64,000 bases of DNA from Candidatus Dormiibacterota bacterium (GCA_036518815.1 DATDML010000077.1:620-64619), one strand, 5' to 3'; positions 29,560 to 41,790 are shown, counted from the stretch's first letter. Notes: generated from the sequence alone by a model not told the origin. Numbers and translations: made by a program.

Positions 29560-30528
29560 GTGGCACGGCGCGCTCTCATCACCGGCGGTGCAGGTTTCCT
29601 CGGCGTCAACGCCGCGTCGCACCTGGCGGGTCGGGGCTGGCAGGTCACGCTGCTCGACAACCTCAGCCGCGATGGCGCACGCCGCAACCTCGAGTGGTTG
29701 CAAGCACACCACTCCGGCCAGGTCGAATTCGTCAAGGAGGACCTGCGCAACTATCCCGGCCTCGAGCCTCACGTGAAAGGCCAGGACGCGGTGCTCCACC
29801 TCGCCGGCCAGGTCGCAGTTACGACCTCGCTCATCGACCCGATAGCCGACTTCGAGATCAATGCGCGCGGCACGTTGAACCTCCTCGAGGCAACCCGCCG
29901 GCAGAGTCCTGAAGCAGCCTTTGTTTTCGCATCCACTAACAAGGTGTACGGAAAGCTGCCGGAAAACAACCGTGCCTGTAAAGAGACGCAGCCGATCGAC
30001 TTTCACAGCCCGTACGGCTGCAGCAAGGGCGCGGCCGATCAGTACGTGCGCGACTACGCGCGCTGCTTTCACATGAACACTGTCGTGCTGCGCCAGAGCT
30101 GCATCTACGGTGCGCATCAGTACGGCACTGAGGATCAGGGCTGGGTGGCGCACTTCGTGCACTCGATCCTGCACGACCGGCCGCTGACCATCTACGGCGA
30201 CGGCACCCAGGTGCGGGATCTGCTGGACGCGCGCGACCTGTCGCGCCTTTACGAGCTCGTGATCGACCGCATCGCCGATGCGCGCGGCGAGATCTACAAC
30301 GCGGGCGGCGGTCCCGAGAACCAGCGCAACCTGCTGCAGGTCATCGAGGCCGTCGGCCGATTGACCGAGAAGAAGCCCGTCTATTCCTTTGCCGAGTGGC
30401 GCGAGGGCGACCAAACCTACTACGTCAGCGACATCACCAAGCTGCAGCAGCAGCTGGGCTGGCGGCCCGAGATCTCATTCGACCAGGGATTGGACGACCT
30501 GGTGCGCTGGGCGGCGACCGCCGCGTAG
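29560..30528 (+). CDS. NAD-dependent epimerase/dehydratase (CDP-paratose/tyvelose 2-epimerase-like SDR)
   Basis: Contains ITGGAGFLG, STNKVYG, SPYGCSKGAADQY and GTEDQGWVAHF motifs. Confidence 0.8.
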   Translation: MARRALITGGAGFLGVNAASHLAGRGWQVTLLDNLSRDGARRNLEWLQAHHSGQVEFVKEDLRNYPGLEPHVKGQDAVLHLAGQVAVTTSLIDPIADFEINARGTLNLLEATRRQSPEAAFVFASTNKVYGKLPENNRACKETQPIDFHSPYGCSKGAADQYVRDYARCFHMNTVVLRQSCIYGAHQYGTEDQGWVAHFVHSILHDRPLTIYGDGTQVRDLLDARDLSRLYELVIDRIADARGEIYNAGGGPENQRNLLQVIEAVGRLTEKKPVYSFAEWREGDQTYYVSDITKLQQQLGWRPEISFDQGLDDLVRWAATAA

Positions 30529-30532
30529 AGGT

Positions 30533-32803
30533 TTAGGCGGTGGCCGCTTCGGCCGCCACGCGCTCGTGTGAGCGCGCGACTTCGAGCACTGTGCGCTCCA
30601 GGACGTCGATGTGCCGCTCCCAGTCGAACCGGCGCGCCCACGCGAAGGCCCGCTCGCCCGTGGCCTGGTTCGCATCGGGATCGTCGAGCAACTTGATGAT
30701 GCCGGCGGCGTAGTCCTCGACCACCAGCGGCTCCGCCAGGTATCCGGTACCCTCGCCCACCGTCACCGTCGGACCCGCCTGGTTCCACGCGACGACCGGC
30801 ACGCCCTTGGCCATCGATTCGATGACGCCCATGCCGAAGTCCTCTTCGGGGGCGGGATACACGTACACGGCCGCGCCTTCATAGATGCGCTGCAGCTCTT
30901 CCTCGGTGATCGTGCCGAGAAACAGCACGTTGTCGGAAAGGCCGAGCTCCTTGACCAGCTCGTGCAGCTCTGCCGTGTGCGACGTCGCCGGTCCTGGGAT
31001 CAGCAGCTGCGCGCGCGGATGCTGCGCGTGCACGAGGGCCATGGCGCGGATGACGAGGTCGAAGCGCTTCTGGGGGTAGTGCCGGTTCGTGAGCAGGATG
31101 TACGGCCGGCGGATCGGGTAGCCGTTGATCGTCAGCCCGCCGCTGAATCGCGACGCTGCAGGCAGCGGGAAGCCTTCTTTGGCGACGTGGCAGCCCGCCG
31201 GGCAGTCGATTGCATCGCGCTTGTAGATGCCGCGGATGATGTCGCCGATGTAATCGCCGTTGACCAGCAGCTGGTCGGCCTCCTGCACCGACCGACGATC
31301 AGCCCACGCGACGAAGCGCGTGGCGCGCATGACGATCTCGGCCAGCAGGCGATAGTCGGAGTTGACGATCCAGCCCGTCTGCCTGTCGACGTTGCGCGGA
31401 TAGACCAACCGGTTCGGCTGATTGAGATACACGGCGTACGGCACATCGATGAGGCGCGCCGCCCACCAGGCGATCCACGCGCTGGGTTGGTTGCAGCCCA
31501 CGATCGCGTCGACGCCGCGAAAACGCCACGCGTACAGCGGCATGAGCAGCGACGTCGCCGCCATCTGCATCGCCTCGCGAAACGGGAACCATCGCGGCAG
31601 CTGCGGCAGAAAGGTGCGGACTTTCACGTCGCCGATGAGATCCGGGTAGCAGCGCGACTGGTCGACCGTCGGCGCGTAGCACTCGACCTCGTAGCCACGA
31701 CGGCGCAGGCCGAGCACCTCTTCGATGACGATGCGCTCGCCGCCGCCCGAGTAGGTGAAGCCGCAGTGGAAGACGGCGATGCGACGGGGTCCACCCGCGC
31801 GCGCTTTGCGCCGGCCGCCGACCAGCAGGAATCCGAACAGGCCGAGGACCAGCGCGTAACCTGCGGTCAGCGCGTGATAGACGACTATCGCGCCGGCGGC
31901 CACCACAGGCGCTAGACCGAGACCACCGCCAAGCACCAGCGACCCTGCCACCTCGAGGTTCCCCAGGTAACCCGGTCCAGCGGGCACTGCGAAGCTCAGG
32001 AGCAGCGCGGGATACGCGGCCATCGCTTTCCAGGCCGGCACGTCGATGCCAACCGCGGCGAAGAGCAGCGTGAAGTTGAAGGCGTCGATGACGAGCGCCA
32101 GCGCGGTCAGCCCAACCAGTCGTGCCGCGAGCGCCGGCGTCCACAGTCCTCGCGCGCCGGCCCTGAACGCGAATGCCTGACCCGCGACCGCAGACGAGAT
32201 GCGCGCCGGCAGCAGTCGCTTGACGAGTGGCGAGCGCGCGATGCGCGGACCGGCGATCGCCGTGCCAAACACCGCGGCGAGCAGGCCGACCGCCAGCGCC
32301 GCCGCGCCGAGCAGGCCGCGTGGCGCCGAGACCGCACCGGTCAGCGCGATCAGCTCGAGCACCGCCAGCACGAAGGCCACACCGGCGAGGTCGCAGGCCT
32401 TGTCGATGACGATGGTGGCGAGCGCCGAGCCGGCGGGCAGGCGATGCCGCCGCCACAGCCACCAGGCACGCGCGGCGTCACCCGAGCGGATCGGCAGCAC
32501 GTAGTTCAAGAGGCCACCGGCTGCGTTCATCGCGAAGGACCGCACCACGCCGACCGGCGCGAGCGACCGCAAAAGCCACTGCCAGCGGCGCGCCCGGATG
32601 ATGCTCGTGACCAGGAAAAGGACGACCATCACCGGCAGCACCCACCAGCGCTGCACGCGCATGTGGGCGATTACATCGGTCAGGGAAACCGTCCGCACCC
32701 AGAGGAACAGCAAAGCCAGCCCGAAGGCCGTTTGCAGCGCTAGCCTGAGCCAACGATTCACCGTTCTAAGGATCTCCGGCAAGTCCGACGGAACGGCCCG
32801 CAT
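30533..32803 (-). CDS. Fusion protein: N-terminal flippase-like/LPG-synthase-TM (UPF0104) domain plus C-terminal GT4 (group 1) glycosyltransferase
   Basis: The N-terminal ~330 aa are polytopic, with RARRWQWLL...PIRSGDAARAWWL. The C-terminal ~400 aa carry GT-B features (EDFGMGVIESMAKGVPVVA). Confidence 0.8.
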   Translation of the reverse strand: MRAVPSDLPEILRTVNRWLRLALQTAFGLALLFLWVRTVSLTDVIAHMRVQRWWVLPVMVVLFLVTSIIRARRWQWLLRSLAPVGVVRSFAMNAAGGLLNYVLPIRSGDAARAWWLWRRHRLPAGSALATIVIDKACDLAGVAFVLAVLELIALTGAVSAPRGLLGAAALAVGLLAAVFGTAIAGPRIARSPLVKRLLPARISSAVAGQAFAFRAGARGLWTPALAARLVGLTALALVIDAFNFTLLFAAVGIDVPAWKAMAAYPALLLSFAVPAGPGYLGNLEVAGSLVLGGGLGLAPVVAAGAIVVYHALTAGYALVLGLFGFLLVGGRRKARAGGPRRIAVFHCGFTYSGGGERIVIEEVLGLRRRGYEVECYAPTVDQSRCYPDLIGDVKVRTFLPQLPRWFPFREAMQMAATSLLMPLYAWRFRGVDAIVGCNQPSAWIAWWAARLIDVPYAVYLNQPNRLVYPRNVDRQTGWIVNSDYRLLAEIVMRATRFVAWADRRSVQEADQLLVNGDYIGDIIRGIYKRDAIDCPAGCHVAKEGFPLPAASRFSGGLTINGYPIRRPYILLTNRHYPQKRFDLVIRAMALVHAQHPRAQLLIPGPATSHTAELHELVKELGLSDNVLFLGTITEEELQRIYEGAAVYVYPAPEEDFGMGVIESMAKGVPVVAWNQAGPTVTVGEGTGYLAEPLVVEDYAAGIIKLLDDPDANQATGERAFAWARRFDWERHIDVLERTVLEVARSHERVAAEAATA

Positions 32804-33016
32804 TATCCGGCGAAAACCCTTGGCATTTCGAGAGTGACATCGCAGGAATGTCGTCGAAAATAAGCAGAAAAAATTGTTTCAGGCGGGCAGGCACAGGCCT
32901 AGACTGAAATTCGCGAGGCGGGCGTATCGTGGTGCCTAAGGCCTCATTAAATAGAACCTCACCCCCCGCAGCCAAGCTCGGTGCCGGTGTCGAGAAATCG
33001 CCCGGCCCGAGTTTTT

Positions 33017-33862
33017 TTATGACTTTTTTCGGGCCCTCGCCCACTCCCTGACGCCCTCCTGCCAGGGCGGTAGCGGACCCACCCGCTCGGATCGCATGCA
33101 CCCGTTGAGCGGCCGACTGGCCAGGCCGGGTGCCGGCTGCGTGGCCACCGATTGCACGGGCCAGTCGACCCCGCATTCGGCCAGCGCCTCGCGCGCGAAT
33201 TCGTCCCAGCCGCAGCAGCCCTGAGCCACCAGGTGAAGCAGGCCGCTCATGCCGGATTTGACGTGCTCGATGCTGGCAGCCGCAAGGTGCCTGGTATGGG
33301 TCGGGTTGACCTTCTGATCGGAAACCACGTTCAGCGGTTTGCCCTCTTGAGCGGCGCGCACTATGCGGTCCGGGAAGCTCCCGCCTTTGGCACGCGACCC
33401 TTCTCCGCCGAAGAGGGCTGCGGTCCGGATGACGAGGGCCTCGGGGTATTCGGCCAGAACGCGCTGCTCACCCGAGGCCTTCGATCGCGCGTAGGCACCC
33501 AGCGGCGCGACCGGGTCGGATTCCACGTAAGGCCGGTCGAGAGAGCCGTCGAACACGAAATTCGTCGAGTAGTGAACGAACCGGACGCCCAGGGCGCGGC
33601 ACGCGGCCGCCCCGTTGAAGGCGCCTTCCGAGTTCACCGCCATGGCCAGATCAGGCTCGGCTTCCGCCCTATCCACGGGGTTGTACGCGGCGCAGTTGAA
33701 CACGACGTCGGGCCGGTGGCTTTCGATCGCCGCCCGTACGGCAGCCGCGTCGGTCACCGCGAGCTCTTCGCGCGGCAGGGCGACTGCCGCCGGCAGGAGG
33801 CGGGCGAGGTCGGTGCCCAGCTGGCCGGCGCCGCCGAAAATCAGCGCACGGTCAAAGCGCAC
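33017..33862 (-). CDS. rfbD: dTDP-4-dehydrorhamnose reductase
   Basis: IFGGAGQLGTDL, the YARSK catalytic motif, and a RmlD substrate-binding-type layout. Confidence 0.85.
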   Translation of the reverse strand: MRFDRALIFGGAGQLGTDLARLLPAAVALPREELAVTDAAAVRAAIESHRPDVVFNCAAYNPVDRAEAEPDLAMAVNSEGAFNGAAACRALGVRFVHYSTNFVFDGSLDRPYVESDPVAPLGAYARSKASGEQRVLAEYPEALVIRTAALFGGEGSRAKGGSFPDRIVRAAQEGKPLNVVSDQKVNPTHTRHLAAASIEHVKSGMSGLLHLVAQGCCGWDEFAREALAECGVDWPVQSVATQPAPGLASRPLNGCMRSERVGPLPPWQEGVREWARARKKS

Positions 33863-33869
33863 GATTTTG

Positions 33870-36800
33870 TTAAGCGTGAGTTAAAGTGTCGTTTAGCGAC
33901 TCGCCTTCACCCCTCCCTTGAGCCCTCCCTCCGTCCGGAGGGAGGGCCGGAGGTCCCCCAGCGGCGGCAGACGCCGCCGAAAGGTCCCGACCCGACTCGA
34001 GCAGCGCGGTCATCTCCGCCTCCGGCGCCGGCCGGCCGATGAAAAAGCCCTGCGCCGCGTCGACCCCGGCCTCGACGAGCATGACCTCGGCGTCGCGGTC
34101 CTCGACTCCCTCCGCGATCACCCGCAGGCCGAGGCTGTGGCCCAGCCCAACAGCGGCGCGGACGATGGCCGCGGCGTCCGGATCGCCAGGCAGCGTCTTG
34201 ACGAAGGACCGGTCGATCTTCAGCTCGTGGACAGGCAGGCGCTTGAGGTAGATCAGGGACGAATAGCCGGTGCCGAAGTCGTCGAGCGCGAGGCGGACAC
34301 CCATCTCCGCCAGCCGTTCCATCGCCTTGGCCGCAGGCCCCGCCATCGCCGCGCCTTCGCTGATCTCCAGCATCAAGAACTTCGGGTCCACCCGCGTTGT
34401 CGACAGCGCCTTGCCCACGTCCTCGACTATCGAGTGGTCCTCGAGAGTCTTGGGCGAAACGTTGACGGAGACCATCACGTCCAGGCCCATCGCCTGCCAC
34501 GCCGCCAGCTGCAGCAGAGCGTTGTCGAGCACCCACGTGGTGAGCGGGCGGATCACATTCGTCTCCTCGGCCAGCGGGATGAACCGATCGGGCGGGAGCA
34601 AACCCTCGCGCGGATGGTTCCACCGCACGAGCGCCTCCACCGCGTACGTCGAGTGCGCGGGCAGCATGACTATCGGCTGGTAGTGCAGCACCAGCTCGCC
34701 CTGCGTCATCGAGCGGCGCAGGTCACCGGCCAGACCGGAGTGGCGCATCGTCTGCGCCTCTTGTTCGGGCGAGTAGACGGCGAAGCCGCCGCCGGAACGC
34801 TTGGCGACGTACATCGCGACGTCCGCGCGGCGGAGCAGCGTGCCGGGATCGTCACCGTGGATCGGATACATGGCGATGCCGATGGAGGCGCCAGTCTCGA
34901 CCGCATGGTCGCCGACGGTGAAGCTGCCTTCGAGCGAGGCCAGGATCTTTCGCGCGGCCGCGACGACGTTGTCGGGATGCTTGGCATCGGTGCTCACCAC
35001 GGCGAACTCGTCGCCGCCCAGGCGCGCGATCGTGTCGGTGGCGCGCAGCACTCCCTTCAGCCGCGACGCCACTTCCTGCAGCAGCGCATCTCCTCGGTCG
35101 TGGCCGAGCGCGTCGTTGATGTCCTTGAACCGATCGAGGTCGAGCAGCAGCACGCCGAACATCGTCTGGTTGCGACGGGCGCCAAGGAGCGCCTGGCGCA
35201 GGCGGTCGCCGAACAGAGTGCGGTTGGGCAGCCCGGTCAACGCGTCGTGCAGCGCCTGGTACTCGAGCGCGTCGGTGTGCGCCTTGCGCTCGGAGATGTC
35301 GCGCACTGTGGCGATGAACAGGCGGCGCGAACCGACCTGCATCGAGTTGACGAGAAATTCCAGCGGAAACAGGCTCGCGTTTTTGCGCTTCCCCATCGTC
35401 TCGAGCGCACCCGACGCGGGCAGGTCCTGAGTGAGCCGGCGTTCGACGTAGCTGGAGAAAGAGTTGCGATGCGTGGTGGCGATGAGGGCGTCGACCTTCT
35501 GACCAACAAGCTCTTTTTCGTCGTAGCCGAAGAGCCTGCTCACCGCCGGGTTCACAGACTCGATGACGCCCTCCGGATCGAGCGTGACCAGGCCGTCGGA
35601 GACGTTGTCGAGCACCGAGCGCATGCGCTTTTCGCTTTCCTGCAGTGCCGCCTCGGCGCGCTTGCGCTCGACGAACTCACCGATTTGCGTGCCGATGTCG
35701 TTCATCACGCCAAGTAGGGCTTCGTCCAGTTGGCGCGGCGCCCACGTGGCGAGCGAGATCATGCCGACCACGCGGCGGCCGCTGCGCACCGGGAATCCGA
35801 CGAGACCGTGAAGGCCCGCGCTCAGAGCCGCGGCGGACCGAGGCGACGTGTCCTTGGCGAGGTCGGTGACCGAGACAGGGCGCGCCGCCTCCCACACGCG
35901 ACCTCCCAGGCCTTCGCCGCGTCGGTACGAGTACTGCGGAGCGGTGGCCTCGTACAGCGATGTGTCGCGGCCCGGTCGTTTCCACGACACCACGAAGTGC
36001 ATCTGCTCGCGCTGGGGATCCACCTCCCAGTACTCGCCGAGCTCCCAGTCGAGCGACCGGCACAGACCTTCGAGCACATGCGGCGCCGCCTTGTCCCAAC
36101 CCGGCGATGTGACCAGTGCCTGCGTCACCGCAAAACGCGCCGACTGCAGAACCTCCGCGCGCATGCGATCGCGGATGTCGACCGCCACGGTCTGCACGTA
36201 GAGCGCCTTGCCGTCAGGGTCGCGCACCAGGCGCGCCGCGACGTCCACCCAAACGGCCTGCCCGTCCTTGCGCACGTAGCGCTTGTCGATGCGATAGCCC
36301 GGCGTCTCGCCGGCGAGCACGCGGCGCAGCGCCTCCTCGCTCGCGCGGAGGTCTTCGGGGTGCGTGATCTCGAGCACCGACACGCCGCGCAGCTCGTCCT
36401 CCGTGTATCCGACCAGCTGGCGGAACGCATCGTTCGTCGATGTGAGGCGACCGTTCAGGTCCGTGAATGCCATGCCCGCCTGTGATTGCGCGAACAGGGT
36501 TCGGAAGCGTGTCTCGCTTTCGCGCTCGGCCTCTTCCGCGCGGTGCCGCTCGGTGACATCGCGGACGACCGCCAGCAACCGATGGGAGCTCTCGGCCACC
36601 AGCGGCCGAATAGAGGTCTCGATCTGGATGCGACGGCCGTCTTTGGTGATGAGCGCCGACTCGTAATGCACAGGCACCTCGCCGCCACCCAGGCGCTTGG
36701 CCAGCTGCTCGGTGAGGTGCTCGCGCTCGTTCGGCGGCGCGAGCTCGATCAGTGACGGGAACAGGGCAAGCTCCTCGGGCGTGTAGCCGGTGAGCTTCAC

Positions 36801-37514
36801 GTAAGCCTCGTTGCCGGTGACGAATCGCCCGTCCTCGGTGATGACCAGTCCTTCGCCGAGATCGCTGACCGCCGCCAGCAGGCTGCCCTGCCGGCCGGCC
36901 TGGGTCACGAGATTGCGGTCGACGACGTGGCGCGTGACGTATGCGAACAGCACCAGGCCCAGCAGCACCAGCGTCCACGTGATCACCTCGCCGAACGGGA
37001 CCATGAGCGTCGCGATCGCGTCGACCCAGAGGAGCCCGAGGCCGGCGGCCGCGATCAAAAGGACGTAGCCGATCTGGCCGGCGCCATAGCCGGAGTCCCA
37101 GTACAAGAGCAGCGCCGCGAAAGACGCCACGGCCAGCGGCGGCAGCTCCTCTTGCAGCCACGGGCCCGCGATGCTGAGCGCGACCACAACCAGCCCGACG
37201 TTGATCAGAACGAGGAGCAGGCGCACCGGCTGGGCCCTCCCCCAGCTCATGGTCCGGATCCATACGGCGGCGGCCGCGTAGATGAGGCTGACGGCGATGA
37301 TCGCCGCCTCCTGCTCCAGCACCCGCGCCGGCGCGCCCGAGGCGGCTATCCGATAGGTGACTCCACCCGCGACGGCGAGCAGAGCGACCGCGTTGAAGAT
37401 CCGCAGAATGCGGGCGGGTCCGCCGAGCACCGGCGAAGCGGCCTGCGCTGAAGGGCGCCTGAGGCCGAAGAGCGGGTCAGGAGGCCGGCGCGCCAGGCCC
37501 GCATCTGAATTCAT
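33870..37514 (-). CDS. Membrane-bound PAS-PAS-GAF-PAS-GGDEF-EAL signalling protein (c-di-GMP turnover)
   Basis: 1214 aa with about 6 N-terminal TM helices, multiple PAS segments and one GAF segment, RLGGDEFAV (GGDEF), and EALVRW...DDFGTGYSS...KIDRSF (EAL). Confidence 0.9.
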   Translation of the reverse strand: MNSDAGLARRPPDPLFGLRRPSAQAASPVLGGPARILRIFNAVALLAVAGGVTYRIAASGAPARVLEQEAAIIAVSLIYAAAAVWIRTMSWGRAQPVRLLLVLINVGLVVVALSIAGPWLQEELPPLAVASFAALLLYWDSGYGAGQIGYVLLIAAAGLGLLWVDAIATLMVPFGEVITWTLVLLGLVLFAYVTRHVVDRNLVTQAGRQGSLLAAVSDLGEGLVITEDGRFVTGNEAYVKLTGYTPEELALFPSLIELAPPNEREHLTEQLAKRLGGGEVPVHYESALITKDGRRIQIETSIRPLVAESSHRLLAVVRDVTERHRAEEAERESETRFRTLFAQSQAGMAFTDLNGRLTSTNDAFRQLVGYTEDELRGVSVLEITHPEDLRASEEALRRVLAGETPGYRIDKRYVRKDGQAVWVDVAARLVRDPDGKALYVQTVAVDIRDRMRAEVLQSARFAVTQALVTSPGWDKAAPHVLEGLCRSLDWELGEYWEVDPQREQMHFVVSWKRPGRDTSLYEATAPQYSYRRGEGLGGRVWEAARPVSVTDLAKDTSPRSAAALSAGLHGLVGFPVRSGRRVVGMISLATWAPRQLDEALLGVMNDIGTQIGEFVERKRAEAALQESEKRMRSVLDNVSDGLVTLDPEGVIESVNPAVSRLFGYDEKELVGQKVDALIATTHRNSFSSYVERRLTQDLPASGALETMGKRKNASLFPLEFLVNSMQVGSRRLFIATVRDISERKAHTDALEYQALHDALTGLPNRTLFGDRLRQALLGARRNQTMFGVLLLDLDRFKDINDALGHDRGDALLQEVASRLKGVLRATDTIARLGGDEFAVVSTDAKHPDNVVAAARKILASLEGSFTVGDHAVETGASIGIAMYPIHGDDPGTLLRRADVAMYVAKRSGGGFAVYSPEQEAQTMRHSGLAGDLRRSMTQGELVLHYQPIVMLPAHSTYAVEALVRWNHPREGLLPPDRFIPLAEETNVIRPLTTWVLDNALLQLAAWQAMGLDVMVSVNVSPKTLEDHSIVEDVGKALSTTRVDPKFLMLEISEGAAMAGPAAKAMERLAEMGVRLALDDFGTGYSSLIYLKRLPVHELKIDRSFVKTLPGDPDAAAIVRAAVGLGHSLGLRVIAEGVEDRDAEVMLVEAGVDAAQGFFIGRPAPEAEMTALLESGRDLSAASAAAGGPPALPPDGGRAQGRGEGESLNDTLTHA
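33923..33946. repeat. Variant GC-rich hairpin CCCTCCCTCCG-TC-CGGAGGGAGGG lying inside the last ~25 codons of the GGDEF-EAL ORF
   Basis: Perfect 11-bp inverted repeat, read directly. It resembles the REP-like family. Confidence 0.6.
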
Positions 37515-37544
37515 GCCCGCTCACGATAAACGGCCGGGCGGGGG

Positions 37545-37892
37545 TTACTTGCTGCGGCTTTTGCTCTTTTTGGCTGCCGGCTTGACCACTACTTTCGGGC
37601 GCTGGGGCACCGTCCGCTTCAGGGGCGTCCGGTGACCGCCGTGGGTCGGGATCTTGTGGCTCAGCAGCGCGTCCGGCGCCTCAGGACCGTCGGGGAGCAG
37701 GCGGACCTGCTGCTTGGCGCCCGCGGCGTGGAGCGCGCGGAGCTTGTCCAGGCGCTCCTTCTTGGCCGCCAGGGCGGTCCTCAGGGCGTCGGAAAGCTGG
37801 CTGTCGTTCATCGGCACCACCCGCAGGCGGGCCTCCAGCTCGCGGACCTCCACCTCCGCGCGGGTCAACTCGAGATCGATAGTTCTTGCCAC
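37545..37892 (-). CDS. Small hypothetical protein: N-terminal coiled coil, lysine-rich basic tail
   Basis: 115-aa ORF with a GTG start preceded by GGAGAGG. An AT-rich promoter-like spacer lies upstream. The tail reads KPAAKKSKSRSK. Confidence 0.5.
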   Translation of the reverse strand: MARTIDLELTRAEVEVRELEARLRVVPMNDSQLSDALRTALAAKKERLDKLRALHAAGAKQQVRLLPDGPEAPDALLSHKIPTHGGHRTPLKRTVPQRPKVVVKPAAKKSKSRSK

Positions 37893-37974
37893 TGCCTCTC
37901 CGCTCAGTTCAGAGAATATTGATACCCAACTAACTAACTACCAAATTTGCGCGCCCGTTATGCCGAATCCGGGC

Positions 37975-39096
37975 TCAGTCGAGCGAAATCGCATCCCGGA
38001 GACGCTCGAAAAAGCCTTTGGAGACCTTTTCGGGCTTGCCGGTGAGCCCTCCGACCTGGCGCAGGAGCGTCTTCTGCTCGGCGCTGAGGTCCTTGGGCAC
38101 GACGATCTGCACCAGCACGTACTGGTCGCCCCGCCGCCCGGAGCGCACGTCGGGCATGCCCCGGCGGGCTAGCCGGAAGGTCTGGCCGTACTGCGTTCCG
38201 GCGGGGATGGCAATCTCCACCGGACCGTCCAGCGTCGGAACCTGGATGCGGTCGCCCAGGGCGGCCTGGACGAAGTTCAGGCGCAGCTCGTAGATCGTGT
38301 CGTTCTCGCGCCGGGCGAGCTCGGGGTGCGGCTTGACGCGCAGGACGACGTACAGGTCGCCCGGCTGGCCGCCGCGCAGCCCCGCCTCGCCCTCGCCGGA
38401 GAGGCGGATCTGGGAGCCGGTCTCAACCCCGGCGGGGATCCGCACCGAGAGCTTGCGCGTGTGCTGCCGACGGCCCTGGCCACCGCAGTCAACGCACGGG
38501 TTGCGCAGCACGCGCCCGGCCCCACCGCACGCCGGGCAGGTTGTTGCCGTCACCACCGACCCGAAGATCGACTGCTGGGCTCGGCGCAGCTGGCCTGAGC
38601 CCCCGCAGGTCGAGCAGGTGTCAGCACTCGTCCCCGGTTGGGCGCCAGATCCGGAGCACGTCTCGCACGTGACCAGCCGCGGCACGTCGAGCTGCTTCTC
38701 GACGCCCTTGAACGCCTCCTCGAAGGTGATCGTGAGGTCGTAGCGAAGATCGTCGCCCCGATTGGCGCGCTGCCGGCGCGAACGGCTGCCCACGCCGCCG
38801 CCGAAGAACGTCTCGAACAGATCGGCGAAGGGCATGTCGGTGAAATCGACACCGGGTCCGCCGCCAAACTCGGTGGCCGCGTGCCCGAAGAGGTCGTAGC
38901 TTCGGCGGCGGCCGGGATCCGAAAGCACGTTGTAGGCCTCGCTGGCTTCCTTGAATCGAGCCGCCGCCGCGGCGTCGCCCGGGTTGCGGTCCGGGTGCGA
39001 GTCCATCGCGATCTTCCGGAACGCCCGCTTGAGCTCCTCGGCGGAGGCCTGCCGGCCCACCCCGAGGACCTCGTAATAGTCCCGCTTTACAGCCAA
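37975..39096 (-). CDS. dnaJ: Molecular chaperone DnaJ
   Basis: Trimmed to TTG 39094-39096 (M-AVKRDYYEVLGV), 4 nt after the grpE stop. It has the J-domain HPD motif and four CxxCxGxG repeats. Confidence 0.9.
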   Translation of the reverse strand: MAVKRDYYEVLGVGRQASAEELKRAFRKIAMDSHPDRNPGDAAAAARFKEASEAYNVLSDPGRRRSYDLFGHAATEFGGGPGVDFTDMPFADLFETFFGGGVGSRSRRQRANRGDDLRYDLTITFEEAFKGVEKQLDVPRLVTCETCSGSGAQPGTSADTCSTCGGSGQLRRAQQSIFGSVVTATTCPACGGAGRVLRNPCVDCGGQGRRQHTRKLSVRIPAGVETGSQIRLSGEGEAGLRGGQPGDLYVVLRVKPHPELARRENDTIYELRLNFVQAALGDRIQVPTLDGPVEIAIPAGTQYGQTFRLARRGMPDVRSGRRGDQYVLVQIVVPKDLSAEQKTLLRQVGGLTGKPEKVSKGFFERLRDAISLD

Positions 39097-39100
39097 GTCG

Positions 39101-41783
<2,683 letters not shown>

Positions 41784-41790
41784 GGGCGAT

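Noticed and set aside
32804-33016. The 213-nt AT-richer spacer upstream of the flippase-GT fusion as a riboswitch (for example c-di-GMP) or small RNA gene
   Set aside because: I could not recognise GEMM, SRP, 6S, RNase P or tmRNA consensus elements by eye, and only weak 5-6 bp inverted repeats are present. I treat it as a promoter/5'UTR region pending a covariance-model scan.
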